A DNA stretch of 64,000 bases from Dicyema japonicum. Taxonomy: Eukaryota > Animalia > Dicyemida. Under the pieces are notes generated by a model. That model ran no database searches. It was not told the origin of the DNA and worked only from the letters and a program-made list of their open reading frames with translations. Where the stretch lies: the NCBI GenBank assembly GCA_011109175.1, contig RDEW01000062.1, forward strand, positions 62,001 to 126,000, given 5' to 3'. The translations under genes and the position numbers were made by a program. Each line of letters opens with the position of its first letter. Positions within the stretch are counted from its first letter, which is position 1. Below, one piece after another: positions 39,401 to 51,299 of this stretch.

Positions 39401-40720
39401 TGTTCTGAAATATTTACTCGGCTGTAATGAGTTTTTTCAAATTTATTTAGTTTTTCATCCAAGTTGTAGGATTTTTCGATATTACAGGTTTTATTAAAAT
39501 TCAAAGATTCCGGAATTTTCTTGGTCTTCTCGTCAAAAACGTTTGATTTGTCGACTTGGTATGTTTTTTCACCAAAGTTGTCAACATTCTCCGATTTCAT
39601 AGATAATTCATCAAACGTATATTCATCAAACGTCTCTTTAGTGTTCTCTCCAAAACCGTGAGATTTTTCAAATTTTCTAGTCTTTCCTTCTAAATAGGAT
39701 GTGCTATAATTTTTTAATTTATCCTTAAAATTAAATGTATTTTCAATTCTTCGGGTTCTTCCATCAAATTCGAAAGTCTTTTCCGGTTTATCAGTCTTAT
39801 AATAAGAATCGTATGTTTTTTCAACCTCGTGTGCGTGTCCAATATCATTAGTGACATCTTTAATAGTAAAACAGATAAACCAGATTGTTTTATTTTCGAA
39901 AAATCAAGCATGCTCACACTATCGTTTTGATTTGTGTAGAATTCAGTAAGATCTATCTTTTCAGGTAAATCATCTAGTTTCTGATGCTCCCGTGAGGAAT
40001 CCTCCTCCAATGACTCGCCTAAAAGTAAAAATTCATAATAACCCAATTTTGCTTGGAGAATATTGTGTTTCTCAGACACCGTGCTTTTTCCAGTTTTGCA
40101 TGTGTCTGTTTTAGTCCTCATGGATTCTTCAAGAGTATTCGTAGTGTATAGGTTCACTAAAATTATAGATTTAAATATACGATTGTCACTTTCGGTTGAA
40201 CTAGGTATATACTTTGTAGTGCGGTTGTCTAAAAAATAATAAACAAATTTGTTTAAGAAATAATAGTGCTTTTGTATTTGGTATTCGCTACCATTTTGAT
40301 ATTTTTTTAAATAATAATAAATTAATAAAAAAACATCATTCAGTATAATTAATTGAATGAAGAAGATACATGTATTGTATGCCTGTTTTAATATGGCTTC
40401 ACACATCATATTGAAAAATAAATTATAAATCAATAGTGACAAATGAAAGAAATTACCATCAGAAACTATGTCCATTAATTGGTAGTTAGAGTTGGTTTTG
40501 TCCTTTACAGGCGTTGAATGTGGCCTTTCAGTGAAGTTCAAATCGACAGTTGCAACTGTGTGAGACAAAAAATCAGTCTCAGGTTTTGGGGACATTTTCG
40601 TTGCTGGATGAAAACTCACCCTTTTTCTTGTTGTATCATCTTGTTTTCTAGTTCCTTTCTAAACATATTTATTCACAAGAAAATTTACCAATGAAGAGCG
40701 AGGTTGGTTATGCATACAAA
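36500..40720 (-). CDS. Uncharacterised multi-exon gene(s): low-complexity N-terminal part and coiled-coil
   Basis: Series of minus-strand exons joined by micro-introns, with a coiled-coil ELECEVKELTKKVEDRNKL. Family not recognised and boundaries uncertain. Confidence 0.4.
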
Positions 40721-40879
40721 CTACAAGACAGGCGCTATTTTATTAATTTTAAATTAAATTAAATTTTTTATATAATATTTGATTAAATTGTTATTTATTA
40801 TTTTATTTAGACTGTTTTATTTTGAGCAATATTTTTTTGATCTTTCTCTCTACCTAACATTTCTCTCAATAACACAGTA

Positions 40880-41432
40880 ATTCTCATCAATTACACACCA
40901 AATATACTTGGAATGACACTCGACCAGGGACTCTCGCAAAGCATGTGGATAACCGGATAACGGCCGCACTGAAAAGGATGACGATATTAAAAGTCGTTAC
41001 CAAGGCTCTCAGAAATGACGCTGGATGCCTTCAGATGATCTACAAACAGTTTGTCCAGCCGACGTTGCTCTATGCAAGTAAGGCCTGGTCTTTGTTTTAA
41101 GAACATCGACCATCAAATATTCAAATATTCAAAAGGCCGCAAAGACTATTATCGGCCCAACATTCTCCTCTATATCTACAGAAGATCTTTTCATCCAAAA
41201 ACAAAGAATTCTCATCAGAGGAGCAAGGATACTAGATCATCCTCTGCATGAGCTACTTATCTCATATTTCCAGACGAACAGGAGATATGAGCCGAAGCCC
41301 TGCCCTTTTAGAAGGGCAATTCTGGACGCCTGTCCCCGTGGGACCCAGGTCCCAAGTTATCGGTCTGGGATCACTTAGTTAGTTAAGAACTTTCTTTATT
41401 CTTTTAACCAAGTGATCCTGGGACAATAATAG
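40880..41432 (+). mobile_element. APE-LINE 3' fragment with terminal hairpin
   Basis: KYTWNDTR/LGMTLD thumb region, YKQFVQPTLLYASKAW and an end at ...RSGIT*. Confidence 0.75.
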
Positions 41433-41479
41433 TTTTTCTTTCTACGGGATCATTTTGTCTTTTTTCAAGGGGGCGATCA

Positions 41480-43420
41480 ATCCCTTCCACAAATCTCTTG
41501 CCCTCTCTAGAGACGTCGAACCTAACCAGACAACATCGGATTACCGATAAATTCTGCAACAAATCATTAACGGTATCTCTCGAAACGAGACGAGCTAATG
41601 GAATTTTCTCTTGGATCTCATACCTGAAGAACATAATCGTTGTGGTGACTTCAATGTCAGAAATCCTTCATGGTCTGTAATGGGAAACTATCAACGAGGG
41701 AATTATGTCTCGTCAGAGATAGAAAATCTCGTCGTCCTAAAAAACTCTCCCAACACACACTTACAGCTTTAAAACCAGACAAATCTAACACCTCCCCGAT
41801 ATCTCCATTGCTTTCCCGAACTTAGCTCTACTGACGTCCTGGTCAGTGGTGGATGACCTTCTTTCTGACTACAACTTGAGAAATTTATTTATTGTTAAAA
41901 CAGAATAAAATAAACAAGGTCATACAGCGGTCGTCTTGACTGCGTGACTATTCCCTCTCAGGATGGCGAATGAGATTCGCTCAGATAGCCAGCAACGCTC
42001 ATGGAGATCTCTTTTTCGTGCAGAAATCCGATTCCCTGATGATTCAAGAATTCCAGCGTCGCAGTCATAAGGGAACCAGACGTCTCAGCTGCAAAGATTC
42101 AATCAAAGTCGATTTGCTAAAATACCTTCATTACTTACAAACGTTGATTTTGGTTCAAATTCGAACAAGAAATTAAACAATTCTTTTCGGACTTTGCAGT
42201 CAAAAGTTACGCTCTGTTGATTCCGCAATTAAACAATTCAACAAATACATACTCACAGTAGACCAAAAATACGTTCCCAGTGGATTTATCCCTGGGGTAA
42301 AACCACTCTTTACCAAAGAGATCATCGACTTAATAAAAGAGAGGCGCGCTATATAAGGAATGACGTCCGGGACATCAACTCAAAAGGGCCAAGACGGAAT
42401 TATATCATCAAAAAAATCTTTAGCCAGTGAACTGGGGGCCCTTACGGACATCTTCCAACCGTCCTTGAATTCAGGATTTGTGACCATGTTCTAGAAACAA
42501 TAAACAATAATGTCGATTCGTAAACATAACATGGACCCGCATAAACCAGGATCCTTTCGAAAAATTTCCTTCCTCTGTGTTGCATCAAAGACCCTCGAGA
42601 GATACATTCTCAACTGGATATACCTTCATCCAAATCTGTCCAACTCTCAGCATGGCTTCCGCGAAAAGCATTCAACCTCAACTCATCTAACCAAGTTATG
42701 TGACTTTATTGGTGATAAATTCAACAATCACAAACCGCCACTCAGTACTGTCCTGGCCTACATTGACATTTCTTAGGTCTTTGACAGGACCTCTCAGCAT
42801 GTTGTTGCAACAAGATAACCACATCGAGTATTCCTCCACTCATAGAGATGGCTGAAATCATTTTTCTATGGCAGACTGGGACGTACCTTAATTATGTCAA
42901 AAAATCTTTTGCCCGTTACCTCCCAATCGAAGTTCCAAAAGGCTCTACCCTCTCAACTACCAGCTGAGTAGCATACCCGATCTGGAAGATATGTCTATCC
43001 TATGCGGATGACTTGATCCTCACGGCACGGGATAGAAACATTACCTCTGTCAAGCCACATCAAAGGAAACTTGGATTCTATAGAGGCTTTGTTATTAACC
43101 AATCACCTCTCCCCCTCTCCCTCTAAGTACAGCGTTAGAAGATATGTCTGTCCTATGTAGATGACTTGATCCTCACGGCACGGGATAGACACATTACCTC
43201 TGTCAAGTCAACATCAAAGCAAACTTGGATTCTATAGAGGCTTTGTTATTAACCAATCACTTCTCCCCCTCTCCCTCTAAGTACAGCGTTAGAATATTCG
43301 CTTCCGACCGACGTCAGCTAAACATAAAACGGAGCTGACAATCTTTGGAGAAGTCTTCCCCATCTCAAAAACACCGAAAATTCTGTACCTGGGCCTCATC
43401 CCTCACAGTCTGCAATACCC
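41480..43420 (+). mobile_element. Decayed APE-RT LINE with nested CRE fragment and ~154-bp tandem duplication
   Basis: APE VCGDFN, RT SFRKISFL/QHGFR/DIS/SYADD; the YADD segment is duplicated (42985-43140 and 43138-43294). Confidence 0.75.
41917..42100 (-). mobile_element. CRE-clade 3' fragment nested in a LINE
   Basis: RISFAILRGNSHAVKTTAV*. Confidence 0.7.
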
Positions 43421-43554
43421 AAAAAACTTCAGAGAGTCCAAATGGATCTCTTCAAACAATTATTGGACGTTAATTATCTTTTAATCTCAATCCGGTACAA
43501 TAATAATTTAACAAAAGCTCCTCCCAGTCAGAACACAGTTTATTTTAAGTAAAG

Positions 43555-43770
43555 AAAAGTTAACTAATCGACAAGGGAGAAGCAAGGAATGCTCTTAACT
43601 TCTTTTATATTTTTGATGGGTGTGAGTTTCTCTGTAAACAATCCAGTTCCGCAGTGGGATGTTCGCTGAGGAAGGCGTCACTCATCAAGCCAAAGCATCG
43701 TAGATGCGTGGAACTTTCAGTCGGAATGTAGAGCAGCTAGATAAACTGGCCAATCCGGTATACCCATGGT
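43555..43770 (-). mobile_element. LINE 3' fragment homologous to the SINE body
   Basis: GAAAGTTCCACGCATCTACGATGC...GAACTGGATTGT shared with 48341-48433. Confidence 0.65.
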
Positions 43771-43899
43771 TATTAAATAAAAAAAGCTAAATTTAAGATC
43801 CATTCTTTTATGAAGATTTGTAGAGGTCCAACACATACTAATAATAATAACACATACTAATATTTTAATTAATCTTAATCGACTTAACGGATTTATGAT

Positions 43900-44690
43900 A
43901 AAACCTCCCCCTGTTGCCTTCACAAGACTGTCAGCGAAACCTGGACAATTTATTTTGTTGGAAATCATTTTGACTGTTACTGGAATCAGGCAATCAGCAC
44001 CAACGCGCTTGTTTGCTTTCGGGGGCTTCCCCTAGAGTGAAGCTTGGCTAAACGCCATCCCAAATAAAGCTCTGGGAACCTTTCTGGATAATGAATGCGT
44101 TAGAAGTGGTATCTCTCTGCGGCTGGGACTGAAAGTATGTGTACCTCACCCGTGCCAATGTGGTATCCTGATAGACTGTTATAGCCTGCACCCTCTCGCC
44201 TGCAAGAGGAGCGCTGCCAGATCTCCAAAGCACAAGGCTCTGAATGAGATTGTCAAGTGGGCTATGGATGCTGCTGGATACTCGGCCATTCTTGAACCGG
44301 TCGGGTTATGCAGAAGTGACGCCGGAAGGAATGACCATATTTCCCTTTGAGGCCGGGAAACCACTTGTTTGGGACGTGACATGTACAGACACGTTCGCCC
44401 CGAACAATCTTCACGAGTGCGCTTCAAGGGCCTGCTTTCCAGCCGTCAAGGCAAAAAAGGCCAAACTCGAAAAATACGTCGACCTTCCTGATAATGTTAA
44501 ATTTGTTCCCCTTACTATGAAGACTTCCGGATCCTACTCTCCTCTCTACAATCGAGTTTTTCGGACGTCTCGGAAACCGGATCACCTCGTGTACTGGAGA
44601 TCTCCGCGAACGCCGCTGGCAGTTTGAGCGAAATTCGTTCGCAATTCTGAGAGGGAACAGTTACGTAGTGAGGGCGGCATCTGACTAGCT
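43900..44690 (+). mobile_element. CRE-clade RLE LINE, 5'-truncated
   Basis: AWLNAIP, LRLGLKVCVPHPCQCG, FPFEAGKPLVWDVTCTDTFA, KLEKY and ILRGNS motifs. Confidence 0.85.
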
Positions 44691-44776
44691 AATGTTTTGC
44701 CCTTATGTTTTTTAACAAAAATTTTTTTATAATAAAATAGTTTTCAAATAAAAATAAATCATTTGAATCGGCTTCT

Positions 44777-47330
44777 CATAGAATTTGCCTTTCCGCATTT
44801 TTATAAATGTTAGCTAAATTATTGCTAATTTCTATAAATGTGGGCCTTTCCTGAGAATTGAAATTCAGACATTTCCAAATCACTTCCTATTTTTAAGATA
44901 ACTTATAATATACAATAGCATCTTTTGGAAGATCAAGAGTCCCAATAGGGGGAAGCACACCTTTGCCAATTTTCAGAATAATTTGATGAGGCCAGTTGTC
45001 ATTAAAAGGTCTTTTTCGGCTGAAGATTTCAAATAAAACAGATCTAAAGCGACACTGTTAGTTAATTTAAATACCCAAAGGCGAAGACGTCAGAAGATTT
45101 CGTAAATGGAAAATATGTCGTATTAGCAGAGAACTTTGAAATTATTTCAGGGGCCAAATATGATATCCAACCAGGTGTAATTTTGAAATGTTTTTTATTC
45201 CTACATAAATTATGTAATTTAAAAATTAAAATAATTTAAATTAATAATTATAAAAAATCTTAATTAAATCTAAATACATATTTTCGGGGAAGAAAGTCAG
45301 ATTAAACATGCCAAAATTTAAAAGCGTAATTTTTCCATCATGGATAAATATATTTTCACTTCTTAGGTCGCAATGAGTAATGTCATTTTCATGCAAATAG
45401 CCTATTGCCTAAAAAATAAAAAAAAGTTGAATAAACCTGTGATATTTGCAATACTAAAGATATCATTCGTTTGTAAGATGGCCCTCTTTTGGACTTTAAA
45501 TACGTTTTAAGGTCTTTTCCACGGCAAAAACTAAAACTCTCGAAAATATAGACCTTGTGATAATAATGTAATGCGGTGGATTCACACAGACTCCCATAAA
45601 CTGAACTAGAGAATCGTGTCGGGTTTGTATTAGCAGTGATTTCTGCTTTAAATATCAATAAAACTTCTCTGTCGAAAATTTTCTCAATAATTTCAGGTTT
45701 GTCATGTCGGTATGCTTTTATTGCAATATCTCCGAGCCAATACCCCCTAAAGTAGAAATATTAAATACCGATAAACAGTCGAAAAACGACCCCTTTTTAT
45801 TACCGAAATAAATTCCAAGTTCTCGTATTTGACCTCCCAATTTTTCAGGACAGTTATAAGGTCTTCAACTTCTGGATATAAAAACTACGGCAATAAACAG
45901 TTTGCATCACCGAATATGAACTAGGCGACTCGGGCTCTTTTTGAGAGGATGAATTTGAGCCTTGGAAATTAAAATGAAGAGAAACTTTTATATGGAGATC
46001 TGTCATGAAAATAGGGGCTAGTTGGAGTGATTGATAAATTAGTTTCTTTAGTGACAGGTTGATAAAGGGACGCTTTGATTTTATTCGCCATTGCAATAAC
46101 ATTCTGATGTGGTCCAGCCTCTAAAATATAATAATAATAATAATAATAATTTTATTCACAACAAGAATATTTAAAATACCATTTTTTAAAGTTTCAATAA
46201 AATTTTTAAATTGTTGTTTTGTGATGCAAATGTTTTGCATTTTCTCTGAGCATTTGTCGTGGCATTTTACCCTGCAAGTTATTCTACGCTTTTACTTGCA
46301 AGATTTACAAGCAAGACCCTTCAAAATGTGCCTTCTGCAAACCACGCATATAAAAACTGTCGATTTTTCATGAAAACTAAAATATTTAATTTGGGAAACT
46401 CATGTTTTCCTCCATTCTTTTTCAGCTCCTCAAATAATTCGGAGACTCTTGATTCTGAAATATTAAAAATTTTGTTAAAAACCTTTTAAAAATTTCAAAG
46501 TAGATTCGTCCGGGAAATAAATATTCTTACTGCTCGCATCACTTAAGACTGAATTACTGTGACAACTATTTTGAGAGCTATTTCCGTCAGAGGCCTGTTC
46601 TTGATAGTTTGGAACCACAAGGCGGTTTTTCGATCAAAATAAAATATTTAGATACTTTTTAAAATTTGGCATTAACATTTTAGACGTTTGTTTGCTTTTA
46701 GAAGTGAAATCTGGCGTGAGGGTATCGAAATTAAGTTTCGGTTTAGTTGGTGAGGCTAGATTACCGATTTTAAAAAAGAGGATGTCATTAATTGAGTTCT
46801 CTTCGACAATGGGGGACCACATTGCATCCACGTTATTTGCTCTTTTAAGAATATCTGAGGTTATTACAAACCGCAAACCAACAAATTGCACCAAATTGTT
46901 AATAAAATGGCAAATAATCTCAATTTCTTTGCTTTCTACTAAAAGCGAGTTTAAAGTGTCCATTAAATCTTTTTGCTCCAATTTGGTAAGTTCATATACA
47001 GAAGTTTCTGCCGTTATTCTCTGAAAGATTTATTACAAAATTTTACTCGCAATGAGACATTACTGATCCCAATAAATTTGAGGAAGAATTTTGAATCGGG
47101 GAAATCATCCAAGTCGTTACTAAATGAGGACGAACGCTTACAGATCTGAATTGCAATAAATTGCAAAATTGAAGACTGATTAAAAACAAATTTACTTTAA
47201 GATTTGTGATTACTGCAGAGAATAAATCTTCATTACTAAGTTGAATCAGTCTCATATATTCGTATTTTGCGCCTATAATTTTGTTTATTATGCGGCATTT
47301 TCTTTGAGCATCATCAATAATATTTGGCAT
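44777..47330 (-). CDS. KSR: Kinase suppressor of Ras (CA1/CC-SAM, C1, pseudokinase)
   Basis: N-terminal CA1-like segment, C1 (CHDKC), WEVKYENLE, QTRHDSLVQFMGVCVNPPHY, GWISYLAPEII and PFTKSSDVFAFG; micro-introns such as 45643-45664 (22 nt). Confidence 0.85.
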
Positions 47331-47543
47331 AAATTGAAATCCAACAAAGTTGAATTTTTTTAAATTTAATTATATTTAAATTTATAACTTAAAATATTTA
47401 AATTAAATAAATGTTGTATTTATTATTTTTATTATCTAATTTTATTTTTATTAGTTACGTTTCTAGTTATAACATTTAAATTTAAACAATTTGATAAATT
47501 AGGTTTCCTGTTCTTTTTATTTTATTAGTTACGTTTCCTGTTC

Positions 47544-47546
<3 letters not shown>

Positions 47547-47576
<30 letters not shown>
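47547..47576 (+). repeat. Poly(A) run preceded by short TTAGTTACGTTTC repeats
   Basis: About 30 A residues; repeat units near 47451 and 47525. Confidence 0.8.
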
Positions 47577-47580
<4 letters not shown>

Positions 47581-47719
47581 GAGACATAAAAATGCAATTA
47601 AGAACAATTATTGAAATAAATTCTTTTGTTAAATCAATTGTTTAGTTATTTCAAAAATGTGAAATTAGATGAAATTATTATGGTTCATTTATTACATAAA
47701 AATCAATAATCCGTTCGAA

Positions 47720-47990
47720 TCCGACACTTTTTGGAGGTAACCCCCTGCAGCCTACATCAAAATGCCTCTGGAGCCTGTTCTGCCGCTTTGATGTCGAGAG
47801 GTCAAAACGGGCAAAGTACGCAGTCATACGCGAGGATTTTTTTTGTTCTACTCGATGTTGAAATTTCTGGTTCCCTTGGCTTGCGAGGCTGATATTCTTG
47901 AGTCGTCTAGAATCAGATTTCCACAAGAACGGGAGTTCTCCGTGAGCGCTGCTGGTTATTTGAGCGAATCTCACTCGTCATCCGCGAGAT
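47720..47990 (+). mobile_element. CRE-clade 3' fragment
   Basis: KRAKY...FLVPLACE...RERCWLFERIS. Confidence 0.7.
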
Positions 47991-48271
47991 TCACCAAGCA
48001 CTCATGGAGGCCTTTATTTTATTTGTTTTAATAAAACTAAAAAAAGGTAACCAAATCAAGGCTTAATAATATTTAGATTTATCCTGACTAGCTGGATGTG
48101 ATTGCCTTCTATAAGTTTTTTAAACGGTTTCATAAAATAAATATTCGATAATCAACTGATAAACTAACTTTTCTAAAATATCAACTTGGAGCAGATACTC
48201 GTTTATTTGCCTTATCAGTGACAAATATTTATTGATTATATTTTTAATTTTCGTTAACTACTCAAAACTAA

Positions 48272-48441
48272 CCGGTGGCATAGTGGTTAGGTGTCGGGCT
48301 TAAGTGGCTTAGGCTACGGGTTCGAATCTCGCTGCTGTTCACCTGGTGGAAGGTTCCACGCATCTACGATGCAGAAAGGGTTTGACGAGTGACGCCGTCA
48401 TCAGTGGATACTCACTGCAGAACTGGATTGTCTATTATTAT
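48272..48441 (+). mobile_element. Complete tRNA-derived SINE with 13-bp TSD
   Basis: A box TGGCATAGTGG at 48276-48286, B box GGTTCGAATCT at 48319-48329, LINE-like body and (TAT)n tail; TACTCAAAACTAA at 48259-48271 and 48442-48454. Confidence 0.85.
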
Positions 48442-48542
48442 TACTCAAAACTAAAATTATTAGTCTTGATAAAATAAATTACTTTCAAATGTTTTTTTTA
48501 ATAAGGAAATGTCGTTTTTGAAAAAGGAAAATAACTGAAGTC

Positions 48543-48600
48543 TTAGTTAAGTGGCCAGGACTGCGAAGGCGTTCTCTCTGATCACCGCCATTTCGAGCCT
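48543..48600 (-). mobile_element. CRE-clade 3' tip
   Basis: RLEMAVIRENAFAVLAT*, similar to 5285-5339. Confidence 0.6.
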
Positions 48601-48999
48601 TTTTAAAGTGTTATACAGTTCGACCTCAATTTGGAACACCAAGAGTTCCAAAAACCGAGGTTTGACTTAAAAGTTATAAATAACTATAACTTTATGAAAT
48701 AATAACGTATAAAAAATTTAACAATTTTATTGTGGCGTATTGGAAAAAAGTGTTCAATATTACTAAATTAGTTCGATAGTTCCTTTAATTGTTCCATTTC
48801 TCTTCATTCACCATAATATTGCATCATAGATGTCTACCAAATGTAATAATTCTTCTATAATTTCTGATATATCGCTTTGATGATTGAGATTGTTTATTTG
48901 TTGTAAATATTTTTCCTCAGATATTAAATCAATGTCGTAAGGGATTCCAAAAAATGATCTTCTTCGTAAAGCATATATTATTATTATAATCATAATAAT

Positions 49000-50230
49000 A
49001 GAAGACAAATATAGTAACGTCCTGAATACTAATGTGATGAAGTCTATTTATGCAGAAGTGGAAAATAGGATTATGAATTTATGAAGACTAAACTGAATTG
49101 TGTTAACTTCTTCAAGGCAATCAATGAGCATGCGACTTCTCTATATAATTATTATATAAGACTCATTGAAATTGAACCTGGTGAGTTTGAGGCAATTGAC
49201 AAGTGTATACGTAGTATACTATAAATGGTCGGATTCAACTGTAAACCAGCAAAATAAAGAAAGATTGTATTTACAGCGAGATTTTCTTGGAAGAGGGATT
49301 GACTTTTGTTGTATATAAAAGTAAACAAATACTTCTACATTTTTACAACGACCTGCAACACAGCCAACAAATGTTTGAGGAGAGCAGGAATCCTACGGGT
49401 CTTGACTGCAAAGAAAAATCATATGGCCACAATCGTAGGAATTCCAGCTGGAAAATATCACATAGAGACAAGGGACTTTAATATAATACAGCTGAAGGAT
49501 GCACAACAAATGGAGCTATTAGAAATGATAAAAAAAAAAACCCTCTACATCTATGATGTTCAATTCAACAGAAGATCAAAATGTTGATATTAAACAGTCT
49601 AGCCAATGGTTAGTTACGGGGAACAACTCTTTAAGGACGGAGGGAATGCTATGTTATGTCCAGGATCGGAATGTTCTCTTCAAAGAAAATGGTGCAAAAT
49701 GCAGCCATTGCTATTCAGCAAAAAACAGTTGCTCATCTGGCGACAAGCTGTGTAAGAATACTCAATAGTCACTACCTACGTCGTCATAATGAGGTCATCA
49801 GGTGCATACACTTAACTTGTGCAGGCAGAATGGAATAAAGAAATCGAAGACTAAAGACTCATTCAGTGCAAACAACGGTTGTAACTGAATTTGTGGAAAT
49901 TCAGTTGATACAACAATAGCTACTGATACGAGAATAGAAAATAACAAGCCGGATATTTTCGTGCCCAGGATTCTTTGAAAATGTCGAAGTGGAGAAAGGC
50001 CGCAAGTATGATCTTCTCGCAAGTGAGCTGGAATAATACACAAAGCGAAAGTGCACGTGGTCCCAGTAGTCCTTACTTGAGATGGAGTCGTGAGCAATTA
50101 CTATAAACACCACTTGAGGCATTTAAAATTGGAATGCCCTGTAGGAACCTACATGCAGACAGTAACGATCAAAAAAACGATGGAAAGCGTTTTAGGCGGT
50201 CAGATCAGTGATTAGTCCTTAAACTTGTCG
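49000..50230 (+). mobile_element. R4/Dong-like RLE LINE, decayed
   Basis: AINEHATSLYNYY, KERLYL...LGRGL, LCYVQDRN, CSHC...HLATSC...RRHNEV, NNKPDI and EKGRKYDLLA motifs. Confidence 0.8.
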
Positions 50231-50339
50231 AAATGAAAATGGAATTTGTTGTTAACTAACTCTTTTTTGTTCGTTTTTTTAATTAAGGAAAGTTTTATTA
50301 TTATTATTAAAAAAACACTTCCGAGAAAAAGTAAAATTA

Positions 50340-50700
50340 GTTAAGCTTCCCTTGTGCCTTATTTCGAATCATCCTCTCCGTCAACCCCGACCATGATCGT
50401 CTGTTGCGCGCTAGTTCTCTTAGGTAATCTAGGTCGTCCGCCATTTCCATTATAATGTTAGATGCTGCCCACACTCTTGTAACACAGTGAATCAGGTCCT
50501 GATAGACTGCAAATCCGGGACCATAATGTCGGCAGGACGATGAGCAGGTAAAAAGGTGGAATTTTCTAAACAGTTCTGTAAATTGTACGGTCGTTTTTGT
50601 CTCTTGTAGACAGCAGACAGAGATGTCGTATTTTGTTAGATCGCATACCAGTTGGTGTTTCTTGTTAGGTTATTAAAGTCCTCTGCAATTAAAAGATCAC
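50340..50700 (-). mobile_element. RTE-type APE endonuclease fragment
   Basis: ISVCCLQETK and HYGPGFAV motifs. Confidence 0.6.
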
Positions 50701-50849
50701 CAGAGTGAACGGAGAAATCGGTAAGGAATACGAATAAGACAGTGCATTGAATGAATTTTTTTCATGACATTTAGCATTGTCGAGGAGAATAAGGATTTTT
50801 CTTTTTGAGTTTTCATTTTTTAATTAATTCGACGTAACCATTAATTAAA

Positions 50850-51220
50850 AATATCCTTTGTCATCCAAGCATTCAGGGATGATGAGTACATAACGTTGTG
50901 ATCTTCTGGATTAAAAATTTAAAAACATCTGGGATTTCTCTTTTCCCAACTTATATTGGATTAAATTTTTCTAAAACATAGTTTTTTTTTATCTGCGGCA
51001 TAAAAAAACATAATTTTTTCAGCCAAGTGAATTATCGTTTCCTCTGAAAAATGATTTTTTGGAGTTTTCTTCAAAAAAAGACAAGTTTCATCGCAGTTAA
51101 AAATATTTTTTCCCGTATTGGACAATTTTTTCATTACAAAGTGGCATAAGGCCGCCAATTCTATCCCTTGAACATGGATTTTTGTCATTTCAAATTTTTT
51201 TGGTATTTTAGGCACATTCA
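50850..51220 (-). mobile_element. pogo/Tigger (DDE_1) transposase fragment
   Basis: NIFNCDETCLF motif. Confidence 0.6.
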
Positions 51221-51299
51221 AAATACATCACAAGGATATTAAATCAACGAGAAATTTTCTTTTAAAATAAAAAATAATATAAACCATTAAATAATTCAT

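Noticed and set aside
39714-40619. Single 301-aa exon
   Set aside because: Reads through AT-rich, intron-like stretches (F/I/Y/L-rich), so it is probably several exons.
48272-48337. Functional tRNA gene
   Set aside because: No complete cloverleaf; the LINE-like body, tail and TSD identify a SINE head.
48380-48410. Hammerhead ribozyme (CTGATGA on the minus strand; also near 13802)
   Set aside because: No correctly placed GAAA, stem III or NUH cleavage site.
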